From IMG/VR virus record IMGVR_UViG_2660238585_000005: a stretch of DNA of 20,000 nt; one strand, written 5' to 3'. The stretch is from an uncultured virus (IMG/VR IMGVR_UViG_2660238585_000005). Taxonomy: Duplodnaviria > Heunggongvirae > Uroviricota > Caudoviricetes. The first letter of the stretch is position 1. Each line of letters starts with the position of its first letter. Of the stretch, positions 1 to 9,020 are shown one piece after another. Made by a program: the position numbers and the translations under genes. The notes below the pieces were generated by a model. It was not told where the DNA came from, made no database searches, and saw nothing but the letters and a program-made list of their open reading frames with translations.

Positions 1-462
1 AACTTTATAATTTTTTATTTCAGTTACATCAAATTCAAAATTAAAATTATCCCATATATCATCACCAAACATATCATCTGAATATCTAAACGGCTTGGCA
101 TTTATTTTTATATTAAATTTCCCTAAATAATTTATTTCTTCGAAATCACTAAAATTGGTAACTTCACCTATCCAAAATCCTCTAATATCTTCAAATTTAA
201 CTCTCACTGTCGAATTTTCTAAAAATAAAGTCTGTAGATAATTATAAATATTGTTTACATAGGCTAACTTTTCATCCATAACTGTGTACTGTAAGTCTAT
301 AATTCTATCATCATAATTATAGGTTCCTGATATTTTACTGAAATCAAAAGACCCATTCATAAAAGGAATTGATTCTTTTATAATAATAGGTTTTGCAGAA
401 CCAATATTTCTACTATTTAGAATCAATCCCTGTTTCTCTAATTCTTCAATTATATTTATCAT
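1..462 (-). CDS. Distal tail protein (Dit)-like, 3' end truncated by the window edge
   Basis: Not in the ORF track. ATG at 462-460 overlaps the tape measure TGA (ATGA). The frame is open to base 1: MINIIEELEKQGLILNSRNIGSAKPIIIKESIPFMNGSFDFS...AKPFRYS...IWDNFNFE. It lies directly after the tape measure gene. Confidence 0.8.
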   Translation of the reverse strand, partial: MINIIEELEKQGLILNSRNIGSAKPIIIKESIPFMNGSFDFSKISGTYNYDDRIIDLQYTVMDEKLAYVNNIYNYLQTLFLENSTVRVKFEDIRGFWIGEVTNFSDFEEINYLGKFNIKINAKPFRYSDDMFGDDIWDNFNFEFDVTEIKNYKV

Positions 463-3400
463 CTACCTACTAACCTCTTTTCTAATGCTAAATTCTTTCC
501 TTGTATTTTATCTACAACTTTAGCAATTACCCTATCTTCGAGGATTACAGGTATATTTATGTTTATATCTTGTGTTACAGTAGAGCCTGTCCTAACTTCT
601 GAATATTTTCCATTTTCTTCTGCTGTTAAGACTCTTTCTCCTTTATGCAATCTCGCAATATATCCATCATAAGGTACATAATCTAACCCATTATAATGAA
701 ATCCAGTTTTTGATGGACTTGGTTCTCTTGTTATCATATCGAACACTTTTTTTACAGGATGCCAATTTTCCCACCAATCTTTCATTTTATCCCAAGTACT
801 CTTAACTTCTCCAGTTGTTGTATCAACATCCTTTTTTATGTTAGAATTCATAGATGTTATTTGTTCTACTGCTTGATTTCTAGTATCTTTAGCAGCTTTA
901 ACCGTATCATCTCTTTGCTTCTTAGCATCTTCTATAAGCTTTTTAGCTTGATCTGCACTAATGACTTTACTCTCATCTCTCATTCTAATTATTTCAGAAA
1001 TTCTTTGATCACACTCACTATTAGCAGCTTCAATGGATTTATCTCGAGATTTATTTAATTCTTTAATATGCTTAGAAGCCATTTCGGCAGTTATATTCTT
1101 ATCATAATCTTTCATTCTTTCAAGAATAACTTTACTCTCAACTTCATTTGCAGACAATGTTTTAACTGCATTTTCTTTCATTTTTTTTTGAATTTCATCA
1201 ATAGTTGAAGATTCTTTATCACTTATCTGTCTATGTTCTTCAGATGCTTTTTGAATTATATCATTTATTTTTTTCTGGTATCCATCTATTTTCACTTTTT
1301 TTTCATTCCAATGTTTTTCAGTATCACTTAAAATTTGAGCTTCTTCTTTAGTTGAAAGGGCATTAGACTTATCAAAAAAACCTTTTTGACTTTTTAGTTC
1401 AATATCTCTTTTTTTATCTAAACCATCCTTAATCTTAGTACTCATATCTGTATAAATTTTTTGTAAATCTTGAGATTGTTTTTTAGTTAATCCTGTACTT
1501 TGATTTAATGTATCTCTAAAATCTTTTATAGTCTGATCTTTTTGCTTTTTAGTCAATCCTTTAGTTCCATTAACCATTGAAGCATATTGCCTTATTATTT
1601 CATCTTTATTTTTTTTAGTTAGATGTCCAGTATCTGTTACTAACTTTTTAAATTCTACAGTCATTTTCTCTTTTTGATCCTTAGATAAATTACTAGACTT
1701 TTTACTCATTTCTGTAAAATTATTTATAACACTATCTTTAGTTGCTTTAGTAAATTTATTTGAATTTATTTTTAAACTCATCATTGATTCACTTGCTTTT
1801 TTGTCTAAATCTAAATAAGATTTAACACTATCTTTAGTTGCTTTAGATATTTTAATCACATCTTTTTTAGTAGCTTGTGCATAATTCCCAAATTTGTCTT
1901 TACTAAATTCAACTTTATCTGCAAATAAATCTACAGCTGGCGTTGCGCTGGAATTTAAGTATTCAGCAGTTTTGTACCCTGCATAACCTATAGCTGCTAC
2001 ACCAGCTGCTACACCAGCAACAGTTCCAACTAATGGTAGTGAAATTCCTCCTAATAATCCTAATCCAATAGAAGTCTTTGATATTAATTCAATTCCTGTT
2101 CCTAATCCAGTTAAAACAGGTCCTGCTGCTACTGCAAATAGACCTAGTTTTAAGATTAAATTCCTAGTACCTTCATCCATAGAAGCAAAGCTCTTAACAA
2201 TCTCTGTAGCCTTTTGAATCATTGGAGTTAACGTAGGAAGTAATCCAGTTCCAATTTCAGAACTAAGTTCTTTTGTTGCTTCAGAAAATATTTTTAATGA
2301 ATTAGATGCTCCATCATTTCCACTTGCAAAATCATTTTGCATGTCCTTGGTTTTTGACATAACATAATTGTATCTAAGTTGCACTAATTCAGCTTGTGTC
2401 ATATTATTTATTTTCTTTTTTATGCCTTCATTAGATGCAAATTGCTGTAAATTAGCATCTGTCATAGTTATTCCTAGTTCTTTAAGCGCTTTTGTTTCTC
2501 CAGTGTATATACCTGTTAGTGCTTCGTTTGCTCTTTCTATAGTTATATTTTTATAAGAAGACATATCTGCCGCTAACTGTGCCAGATTTATAGCATAATC
2601 TGTTGTATCTTTAGATGTTAGCTTCATACTTAACCCCATATCTCCAAATTTATTAGCTAACTCTAATGCACTTGACTGGCACATTCCCATAGATTCTAAT
2701 GAATTGTTTGACCAATCCTTTACAGTTTCACTATTTTCTCTAAATATACTATCTGTTTTACCTAAGTTATCATCTAAATCCATAGCAGCTGTAAAACTAG
2801 CTTTTCCTACTTTTAATATTGGTAGAGTTACTTTAGATGTTAACGTTGATCCTAAATCCTTTAATTTTCCAGAAACCTTTTCTATCTTTTCATTTATATT
2901 AGAAAGCCTAGTTTTTTTAATCTCTTCATTTGTTTCATTTAAAGCATTTTGTGTTTCTAATAATTCCGTTTGCGTTTCATTTAGCTTAATATTATAATTA
3001 TTCAAATTATTTTTAGCTTTGTCTACAGCTTCCTTATTTCTATCATACTCAACGTTTAATTTATTTATTTCTCTTTGTAAACTTTTAGCCTGTCGACTAT
3101 TTTTTCCAAAACTATTTTCAACTCTTTCATGCTCTCTTGTTAAATCATTTAATTTTTCTTTTAGTCTTGTACTCTTATCAGTATATGATGTTAAGCTTCT
3201 CTGCGCTTGATCATATCCATGCTTAGCTAAAGTAATGGCCCTTGATTGCAATTTAATTTTATCTGATAGCTCATTTTGTTTTGACGCTAAAATCCCAATT
3301 TTATCTCCCAATAAAGCTGCACTAGCTCCTGCTAACTTAAATCCCGATTCAGCTAATCTTGAATCATTGTTAAGTTGTTTAAACTGTTCTTCTAATCGAG

Positions 3401-3497
3401 AACTCCCTTGAGTTGCCTCATCTATACCTCTATTGAAATCATCTAAGTTTGCTCTTATTTCACAAACTAATGGTGCTAATTCTATTCCACTAGCCAT
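459..3497 (-). CDS. Tail tape measure protein
   Basis: 1012 aa, coiled-coil rich, Gly/Ala hydrophobic middle, C-terminal GLDYVPYDGYIARLHKGERVLT motif. RBS AGGAGG. It follows the chaperone genes. Confidence 0.93.
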   Translation of the reverse strand: MASGIELAPLVCEIRANLDDFNRGIDEATQGSSRLEEQFKQLNNDSRLAESGFKLAGASAALLGDKIGILASKQNELSDKIKLQSRAITLAKHGYDQAQRSLTSYTDKSTRLKEKLNDLTREHERVENSFGKNSRQAKSLQREINKLNVEYDRNKEAVDKAKNNLNNYNIKLNETQTELLETQNALNETNEEIKKTRLSNINEKIEKVSGKLKDLGSTLTSKVTLPILKVGKASFTAAMDLDDNLGKTDSIFRENSETVKDWSNNSLESMGMCQSSALELANKFGDMGLSMKLTSKDTTDYAINLAQLAADMSSYKNITIERANEALTGIYTGETKALKELGITMTDANLQQFASNEGIKKKINNMTQAELVQLRYNYVMSKTKDMQNDFASGNDGASNSLKIFSEATKELSSEIGTGLLPTLTPMIQKATEIVKSFASMDEGTRNLILKLGLFAVAAGPVLTGLGTGIELISKTSIGLGLLGGISLPLVGTVAGVAAGVAAIGYAGYKTAEYLNSSATPAVDLFADKVEFSKDKFGNYAQATKKDVIKISKATKDSVKSYLDLDKKASESMMSLKINSNKFTKATKDSVINNFTEMSKKSSNLSKDQKEKMTVEFKKLVTDTGHLTKKNKDEIIRQYASMVNGTKGLTKKQKDQTIKDFRDTLNQSTGLTKKQSQDLQKIYTDMSTKIKDGLDKKRDIELKSQKGFFDKSNALSTKEEAQILSDTEKHWNEKKVKIDGYQKKINDIIQKASEEHRQISDKESSTIDEIQKKMKENAVKTLSANEVESKVILERMKDYDKNITAEMASKHIKELNKSRDKSIEAANSECDQRISEIIRMRDESKVISADQAKKLIEDAKKQRDDTVKAAKDTRNQAVEQITSMNSNIKKDVDTTTGEVKSTWDKMKDWWENWHPVKKVFDMITREPSPSKTGFHYNGLDYVPYDGYIARLHKGERVLTAEENGKYSEVRTGSTVTQDININIPVILEDRVIAKVVDKIQGKNLALEKRLVGR

Positions 3498-3812
3498 CTA
3501 TTCGCCTCCTCTCTCACTAAAATTTTGTATCTTTTTATAATCAGCTTTAGTCTGAGTAAGTCCCCATAGTGTAGCTAGGAATTCTCTTCCCTTTTCAGAT
3601 TGTTTTAGTCCATATATCCAAGCTTCTTTTCGATATAATAAAAAAAGCGAGTATGGAAGATTATAAATTTCATTAAAATTTAATCCAGTATACTCACTTA
3701 TACTTTTTATATCTGCTGTTAAATTTATATAATCTTTCTCCCATTCTTCAGAAGGAAAATATTTATCTACTATAGCTTCTCCTATAGGTCCTTCAGGAAT
3801 GGGATTTTTTAG
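3498..3812 (-). CDS. Tail assembly chaperone C-terminal extension (gpGT-like), reached by -1 frameshift
   Basis: 104 sense codons with no ATG (LKNPIPEGPIGEAIVDKYFPSEEWEKDY...SERGGE*). The TAG abuts the tape measure ATG. It is entered from the C CCA AAC heptamer at 3818-3812. Confidence 0.82.
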   Translation of the reverse strand, partial: LKNPIPEGPIGEAIVDKYFPSEEWEKDYINLTADIKSISEYTGLNFNEIYNLPYSLFLLYRKEAWIYGLKQSEKGREFLATLWGLTQTKADYKKIQNFSERGGE

Positions 3813-4117
3813 TTTGGGTTTGTTTCGGCTCCCACTATTGCTTTTATTAATTCATTATATAAGGCCTTAATTGCACTAAAGGTTAAGCTTTCAATAAAGT
3901 CTTCCTTAAATACTTTCTTATCTAAATTATTGTTTAAAAATTCTAAAAGTATATTTGATTGATTTTTATATATTTCATCTTCATTCATTTTTATAAAATC
4001 TCTTTCATATGCTCTAACTTTTTTTGCTAAAGCAAATGAAGGTTGATTAACCTTTATAATATTCTTATCTATTTTCATTTCTATAGCTTTTCCATTTATC
4101 AAATCTAAATCTAACAT
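3809..4117 (-). CDS. Tail assembly chaperone (gpG-like)
   Basis: 102 aa between tail tube and tape measure. RBS GGAGG. Ends at a slippery site (AAC CCA AAC TAA). Confidence 0.8.
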   Translation of the reverse strand: MLDLDLINGKAIEMKIDKNIIKVNQPSFALAKKVRAYERDFIKMNEDEIYKNQSNILLEFLNNNLDKKVFKEDFIESLTFSAIKALYNELIKAIVGAETNPN

Positions 4118-4126
4118 AATTTCCTC

Positions 4127-4645
4127 CTATAATTCTTGTTCAAACTCTGCTAAGAAGTTCTTTATTTTTTCTATTCCTTGTAATTCTGCATTTATTGAAG
4201 TTTCTTTATCTCCAAAATCTAATCCAAATCCATTTCCACCTTGTCCAATCATAGTAAATCTTAATTTTTTTCCATTTTCTTCATGTACAAATCTTAATAA
4301 AACAGTTTTTAGTGATCCACCACCACCAAATGTAAGTTTCTTAGTTTTCTTTTCTTCATTATTTGTTATTTTAGCAGTAGATAAAAGCGCTAACTTATTT
4401 AAATCCCAAGTTATTATTCCAGTCTTAGCACTTATTTTTTCATCTGTTATAAAGCTTTTTACAACTCTACCATATTGATTTTTCACATCATATTTTTTAG
4501 GTTTATAATCTATTTTAAACCCACTATTACAATAACCTACGTTATTATCATCAGTTTCTATAGCATCATGTTCAGGTAAAGTATCTCCTTCAAATTCCAT
4601 CATATATACTTCTCCAGAACCTAACATTATCTCATTTTTTTCCAT
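4127..4645 (-). CDS. Major tail (tube) protein
   Basis: LGSGEVY N-terminal motif, beta-strand-rich composition and position. Start is probably the ATG at 4645 (GAAGGGA RBS) rather than 4654. Confidence 0.78.
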   Translation of the reverse strand: MEKNEIMLGSGEVYMMEFEGDTLPEHDAIETDDNNVGYCNSGFKIDYKPKKYDVKNQYGRVVKSFITDEKISAKTGIITWDLNKLALLSTAKITNNEEKKTKKLTFGGGGSLKTVLLRFVHEENGKKLRFTMIGQGGNGFGLDFGDKETSINAELQGIEKIKNFLAEFEQEL

Positions 4646-4650
4646 TTTTA

Positions 4651-5028
4651 TCATCCCTTCTTGTATTTAATTATAAAAAAGACACTATTTTCGAACATTT
4701 GTAAATCTTCGTTATATAGTATCCCTCCACCACTTTTAATAGCTTTAAAGTATAAATTTTTATAACTCTTAAATCTTTTATCACTTATATTATTACTAAG
4801 TAATTTTTCTAAGCAATTCTCAATTTTTTTTACTTCATCATAATCATTCCAAATTATTTTTACTTCTAACTGAACTTGACTTATATAGTCAGTTATAATA
4901 GGAGTATAATTATAAACTAATGATGGATTATTAATATCTGTTGTAAATATAGGAAATAATCTATTTTCTCCAATTAACTTTACTAATTCTTCACTACTAT
5001 TTATATAGTCTATAATTATATTTTCTAT
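4651..5028 (-). CDS. Tail completion/terminator protein (SPP1 gp17-like position), non-canonical ATA start
   Basis: Not in the ORF track. 125 codons: (M)ENIIIDYINSSEELVKLIGENRLFPIFTTDINNPSLVYNYTP...FFIIKYKKG*. GGAGG lies 7 nt upstream of the ATA. It fills the gap between the gp10-like gene and the tail tube gene exactly. Confidence 0.8.
   Translation of the reverse strand: MENIIIDYINSSEELVKLIGENRLFPIFTTDINNPSLVYNYTPIITDYISQVQLEVKIIWNDYDEVKKIENCLEKLLSNNISDKRFKSYKNLYFKAIKSGGGILYNEDLQMFENSVFFIIKYKKG
4675..4723 (-). terminator. Terminator-like hairpin with U-tract just upstream of the major tail gene
   Basis: Minus strand GATACTAT...CGAA...TTCG...ATAGTGTC followed by TTTTTT. The stem is imperfect and lies inside a CDS. 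Confidence 0.4.
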
Positions 5029-5429
5029 TTTAACCCCTCCCCTAATATGCCTGGAATTTGAGTTATAGTTGAAATTTTAGCATTTTCTAAAAATGGTTGT
5101 TTTTTATTATATCCATAACCCATCTCACTAAAATTTTTTTGGTTATTATATGATTTTATGATTTTATTCTCATCAGTTTTGCATATTCCAGTTCCTTGAT
5201 GAACTTTAACTGCTTTCTCACTTTTATTTCCAATTACTCCAACTATATAATTATCTTTAATAAATACATCGCAAAACATCTCGTCAATTATATTCGATTC
5301 TATTGGTGATAACTCTTGCTTAGCTCTTTCCTCAACTAATTTACATACTTTACTCATATTTTGTAAAATTATTTCTTCTGTATCTTGCTTTATACAATCA
5401 AAGCTATCTCCAAATTTAATATTAGACAT
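5025..5429 (-). CDS. HK97 gp10-like tail/neck component (divergent)
   Basis: VHQGTG and QPFL motifs, and position after the head closure gene. Confidence 0.72.
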   Translation of the reverse strand: MSNIKFGDSFDCIKQDTEEIILQNMSKVCKLVEERAKQELSPIESNIIDEMFCDVFIKDNYIVGVIGNKSEKAVKVHQGTGICKTDENKIIKSYNNQKNFSEMGYGYNKKQPFLENAKISTITQIPGILGEGLK

Positions 5430-5730
5430 TTTTTATCTCCTTTAAAAAAACCTGACTTATTCGTCCTTGTGAGATTACTCCATTTATATTGTAAATTTTG
5501 TCTTTATCTTTTAATCTATTTCCTACCATTATTATTTTATTAAAAGTCAATCCGATATGAGAACTTTCATTGTATCTAATACTAGATGTGTTTACTCTGC
5601 TATCAGTCTCATATATAGCTATAAAAACTTCACCTTTGTCACTCCATTTATTTTTTCTATATCCACTAGGAGTTATAATTTCTTTATTTTCCTGTAAAAT
5701 TAGCTTTTTCATACTACTATTAATACTCAT
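5422..5730 (-). CDS. Head closure protein (SPP1 gp16-like)
   Basis: 102 aa with TPSGY..W and terminal YNINGV beta pattern. RBS AGGAG. Synteny. Confidence 0.7.
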   Translation of the reverse strand: MSINSSMKKLILQENKEIITPSGYRKNKWSDKGEVFIAIYETDSRVNTSSIRYNESSHIGLTFNKIIMVGNRLKDKDKIYNINGVISQGRISQVFLKEIKNV

Positions 5731-5738
5731 AAATTCTC

Positions 5739-6044
5739 CTATCTTGGAAGTTTCCTATATCTATTCAACTTTTTGGTAATATTTTTTGAAAATCCATCTA
5801 TATAAGTAGTTGAAATTCCACTAAAACTTTCACTTTTTATTCCTTCTGATCCTAGCTTATTACATTTAGCAATAACTATCTCAATTAAAGAGCCTTCCAA
5901 TCCAATTGGAATTTCTAATAAATTAGTATATTGAAGAATCTCATTTTGAGTTTCTTCAATTAGGTCATTTAAAAGTTCACAGTCTATGTTATTTGCTGAA
6001 TTACTTCTTCGCTTTATTTTTTCTACTAATAAATTATAATTCAT
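5739..6044 (-). CDS. Head-tail connector/adaptor (SPP1 gp15/HK97 gp6-like)
   Basis: NKLGSEGIKSES..GISTTY...LNRYRK motif. It follows the capsid gene. Confidence 0.85.
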   Translation of the reverse strand: MNYNLLVEKIKRRSNSANNIDCELLNDLIEETQNEILQYTNLLEIPIGLEGSLIEIVIAKCNKLGSEGIKSESFSGISTTYIDGFSKNITKKLNRYRKLPR

Positions 6045-6070
6045 ATCAATACCCTACATAGCAACTGTGA

Positions 6071-6886
6071 TTATGCTTGTACATTAGATACAGTTACATT
6101 AGGATTTAATGTATATGGTTGAATTATAATAGCTTCATCTCTTAAAATAACACTATCATACACACATAATCCTCTAATTCCATCAGCAAATGATCCCTGT
6201 AATCTCATAGCTTCTGTTTCTGATAGTTGCTTGGCTGCTCCTATAGCACTTTTATGATGAGCTATTATAGTATTAGCAGGAAGTTCTTCGCTCGCCATTA
6301 CCTGCATACCATTTATTTTTTGTCCTTCTACAAAGCCATTAGATAATACATTTGGATTTCTAGTAAATCTAGCGTCTTTAGACAATAATCCTAGTATTTC
6401 TGCATCTACAGTTACAAATCTATCTGTTTTTGGTACTTTATTCTTGCTTAATTTAGTTCCCATATCTACTATTACATCATATACATTTAATGGAGTTAAT
6501 TCTTTACTAGTTAATGAGTTCTTTTTATTATTTGCAAGCTTAGCTAATACATATTTATCATATGTCTCTGCTAATACGGCCGCATGTTCAGCAGTTGTTG
6601 CTTTCATAATATCACCTTTTAATTGAACCTTATCTGCATCATCAAGACAAAAAGCAAAATATTTCTTCTGTTCAAAAGTCATCTCTACAGGAGTTGTATT
6701 TATATCATCCCAAGATATTGATCCTTTATAATCTTTTATTGTACCTGCACCTATTCTATTAAATGTTACTTTATTACCTTTTACATCTGTTGGTTTAGTT
6801 GTTATTGCATCTGCTATACTTATGTTGTGGAAATTAGCAAGTAATGCTCCTTCCCAAAGTTGTGGTTTAAAACTTTCTACTGACAT
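6071..6886 (-). CDS. Major capsid protein
   Basis: FKPQLWEG N-terminus, QKKYFAF..DD.DKVQ, VPKTDRF, FADGIRGLCVY motifs typical of Firmicute phage coat proteins. It follows the scaffold. Confidence 0.9.
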   Translation of the reverse strand: MSVESFKPQLWEGALLANFHNISIADAITTKPTDVKGNKVTFNRIGAGTIKDYKGSISWDDINTTPVEMTFEQKKYFAFCLDDADKVQLKGDIMKATTAEHAAVLAETYDKYVLAKLANNKKNSLTSKELTPLNVYDVIVDMGTKLSKNKVPKTDRFVTVDAEILGLLSKDARFTRNPNVLSNGFVEGQKINGMQVMASEELPANTIIAHHKSAIGAAKQLSETEAMRLQGSFADGIRGLCVYDSVILRDEAIIIQPYTLNPNVTVSNVQA

Positions 6887-6902
6887 TAATCATCATCCTT
6901 CC

Positions 6903-7508
6903 TTATTTTATATTGTTATATGCATCTGCTATTTGTTCAGCAGTCATACTATCAGCATTACTCACAAGATCTTTCCAAGAATTTCCTATTATTATCTTGT
7001 TGTCTGGATTTTTTGGTGTTCCTCCAGATAAAGAAACTTCAAACATATCTTTATATGTTTTCTTTAAATCATTGAGTTGCTCATCTAGTCCTATTACATT
7101 TCCTTGATCATCTATTTCAATTTTTTCTCTATCAAACTTAGTAGCTAGTAAATCTGAATGTTTTGCTTTTGATTTAGTTAATAAATTATTGATTGCACTG
7201 TCTATAGTTAAACTTCTTATTTTTTTCTGACTATCTTCCTTTAAAGTTTTTATAGTATCTTCATGCTTTTTTATAATTCGTTGTAATTGTTCATCGTCAA
7301 CATTATTTTTCTTGAGATTTTTAATAGTATTACTAGATGCCTTAATTTGATTTTCTAAATCATCTCTTTGACTTTTAAGCTTTTTATATCTTTCATCTAT
7401 ATTTTCATGTGTTGTAATAAAAATTTTCTCTTTGCTCATAGCTTTAACAATTGATTTAATTTTGTTTTCATCTAGTTCATATTTTTTTAGTAGTTCTTCA
7501 AATTTCAT
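6903..7508 (-). CDS. Capsid scaffolding protein (GP20-like)
   Basis: Charged coiled coil with GLDEQL..LK..Y..MF and GGTP motifs. Likely start is the ATG at 7508 behind GGAGG; the ORF-track ATG at 7523 overlaps that RBS. Confidence 0.85.
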   Translation of the reverse strand: MKFEELLKKYELDENKIKSIVKAMSKEKIFITTHENIDERYKKLKSQRDDLENQIKASSNTIKNLKKNNVDDEQLQRIIKKHEDTIKTLKEDSQKKIRSLTIDSAINNLLTKSKAKHSDLLATKFDREKIEIDDQGNVIGLDEQLNDLKKTYKDMFEVSLSGGTPKNPDNKIIIGNSWKDLVSNADSMTAEQIADAYNNIK

Positions 7509-7605
7509 TTTTATTACCTCCATATACGCTTTTTACAAGTGTTGCTCTTGTAATGTGGTTTTGCTAACTCTCTTTTACGTCTATAGATAGCAATTGAAGA
7601 CAATA

Positions 7606-7633
7606 TAAAAAGCCTTAATATTAAGGCTTTTTA
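7606..7633. terminator. Perfect 28-bp palindrome, bidirectional intrinsic terminator-like, overlapping the portal stop codon
   Basis: TAAAAAGCCTTAATATTAAGGCTTTTTA is its own reverse complement, with T5 tails on both strands. Confidence 0.7.
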
Positions 7634-9006
7634 ATTTCTTTATTCAATTGTTCTTGTTCTTCTCTTAAATTTTTAACCCATGGGTGATTTGCAATTATAG
7701 TTTTATCGCTTACTATTCCTTTAGATTTAATACAATTTTCTATAGTTTCAGCTTCATTTATTTTTATATTTTTATTAAAAATTAGTTCTATATCTTCATC
7801 TTGATATATCCCTTGGTTAGTTTCCCTAAGATATGTGTTTACAAAATATATTAGTTCCTCAAAAGCTCTAGTAAATAAAACTTCTAATGAATTACACTTT
7901 AAGTCTATACCACTATATAAAAACTTTAGTGCTATACCACTGGGAGAACTTCCGAACTTATCTAAATCTTTATTTATACCTTGTCCACACTCATTTATAT
8001 CACGTTTTAATTGTTCATAATGTATTTTTATAGCATCTATATCCATATTAGGACTTAATGTTTCTACACTACCTTCAGATGCATCATCTATAGCTATGGC
8101 TCTATAGAAATTTAATTTATCCATAAAATCCCCTAAATTTTCTCCTCCATAACCTTTTAAAACGAATATTAAATTTTTTACTTCATCTATAAAATTTGCA
8201 ACATCACTTCTGCTTAAATCATAATTGTCTATTAAGCTTTTCACAAATTTTATATCGGACTTTTCAATTCGATTATTTTTAAAAGGTATAAATGGTATTT
8301 TACCCCATACCTCCCAAAATCCATCTTTTATATAATGGCCTTTTTCACCTTCAATGTTAAGATACTCTTCACTATCTAACATTATCTTATCTCCATCTTT
8401 TATATAGTGTTCTAGTTTATCTTTAAACCATAGCTCTATTTTAGTTATAGTTTTCTTCTTTGTACCTTCATAAGTTATTACATCATAGAATCTTATTAAT
8501 CTATCTATCTCATTATGTTTTCTACTTTTCCAAATAGGAATTATTTGTTCACTAGGGATAACCATTGTATCAAATTTACCTTTTTCATTTATATATATAT
8601 GTAGCCATCCGATTCCTTTATTACTAGCTTCATACCCTAACTCATTAAAAGTGTCTTGAAAATATTTACCTAAAGTATCTTTTACTTTATCTATATAATC
8701 TTCATTTTTTGATTTTAAAGTGTATGGTTTAGTTAATAAATATCCAACTTTTTCATCCACTAAGTTTTTATAAAAACCATGTGCTAATTTATTATTAGAT
8801 TTATATTTTAATTCTTCTTCTCCTCCACTTTTTAACGGTCTAGTTATTTTTCTACTTAATATATCATTCTCTACTCCATAGTATCTTTCTCCTGTAAGCA
8901 TGAGTTTTCTATTACTAGAATTTATAAATTCTTGAATTTCTTCCTCTAACCATTGTATAGTAGTCATTGATCCATCTGATTCTTCTGTCTTTCCAAACCA
9001 AAGCAT
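7621..9006 (-). CDS. Portal protein, SPP1 gp6-like
   Basis: NNKLAHGFYKNLVDEKVGYL, IPFIPFKNN, LIDNYD, SGIALKFLY, NHPWV motifs. Confidence 0.95.
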   Translation of the reverse strand: MLWFGKTEESDGSMTTIQWLEEEIQEFINSSNRKLMLTGERYYGVENDILSRKITRPLKSGGEEELKYKSNNKLAHGFYKNLVDEKVGYLLTKPYTLKSKNEDYIDKVKDTLGKYFQDTFNELGYEASNKGIGWLHIYINEKGKFDTMVIPSEQIIPIWKSRKHNEIDRLIRFYDVITYEGTKKKTITKIELWFKDKLEHYIKDGDKIMLDSEEYLNIEGEKGHYIKDGFWEVWGKIPFIPFKNNRIEKSDIKFVKSLIDNYDLSRSDVANFIDEVKNLIFVLKGYGGENLGDFMDKLNFYRAIAIDDASEGSVETLSPNMDIDAIKIHYEQLKRDINECGQGINKDLDKFGSSPSGIALKFLYSGIDLKCNSLEVLFTRAFEELIYFVNTYLRETNQGIYQDEDIELIFNKNIKINEAETIENCIKSKGIVSDKTIIANHPWVKNLREEQEQLNKEIKKP

Positions 9007-9020
9007 ATACTACCTCCTCA

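Noticed and set aside
759..3210. Plus-strand ORFs 759-1058, 2368-2556, 2704-2997 and 3019-3210
   Set aside because: Antisense shadows of the tape measure gene, rich in Phe/Ser/Leu/Ile as expected from reverse-complemented Lys/Glu codons, with no convincing RBS.
6045..6100. Capsid C-terminal frameshift or readthrough extension
   Set aside because: No slippery heptamer, and only 26 nt separate the stop from the next gene.
5570..8020. Plus-strand ORFs 5570-5779, 6444-6626, 6822-7031, 6913-7107 and 7835-8020
   Set aside because: They lie antisense to well-supported head genes and have no motifs or RBS.
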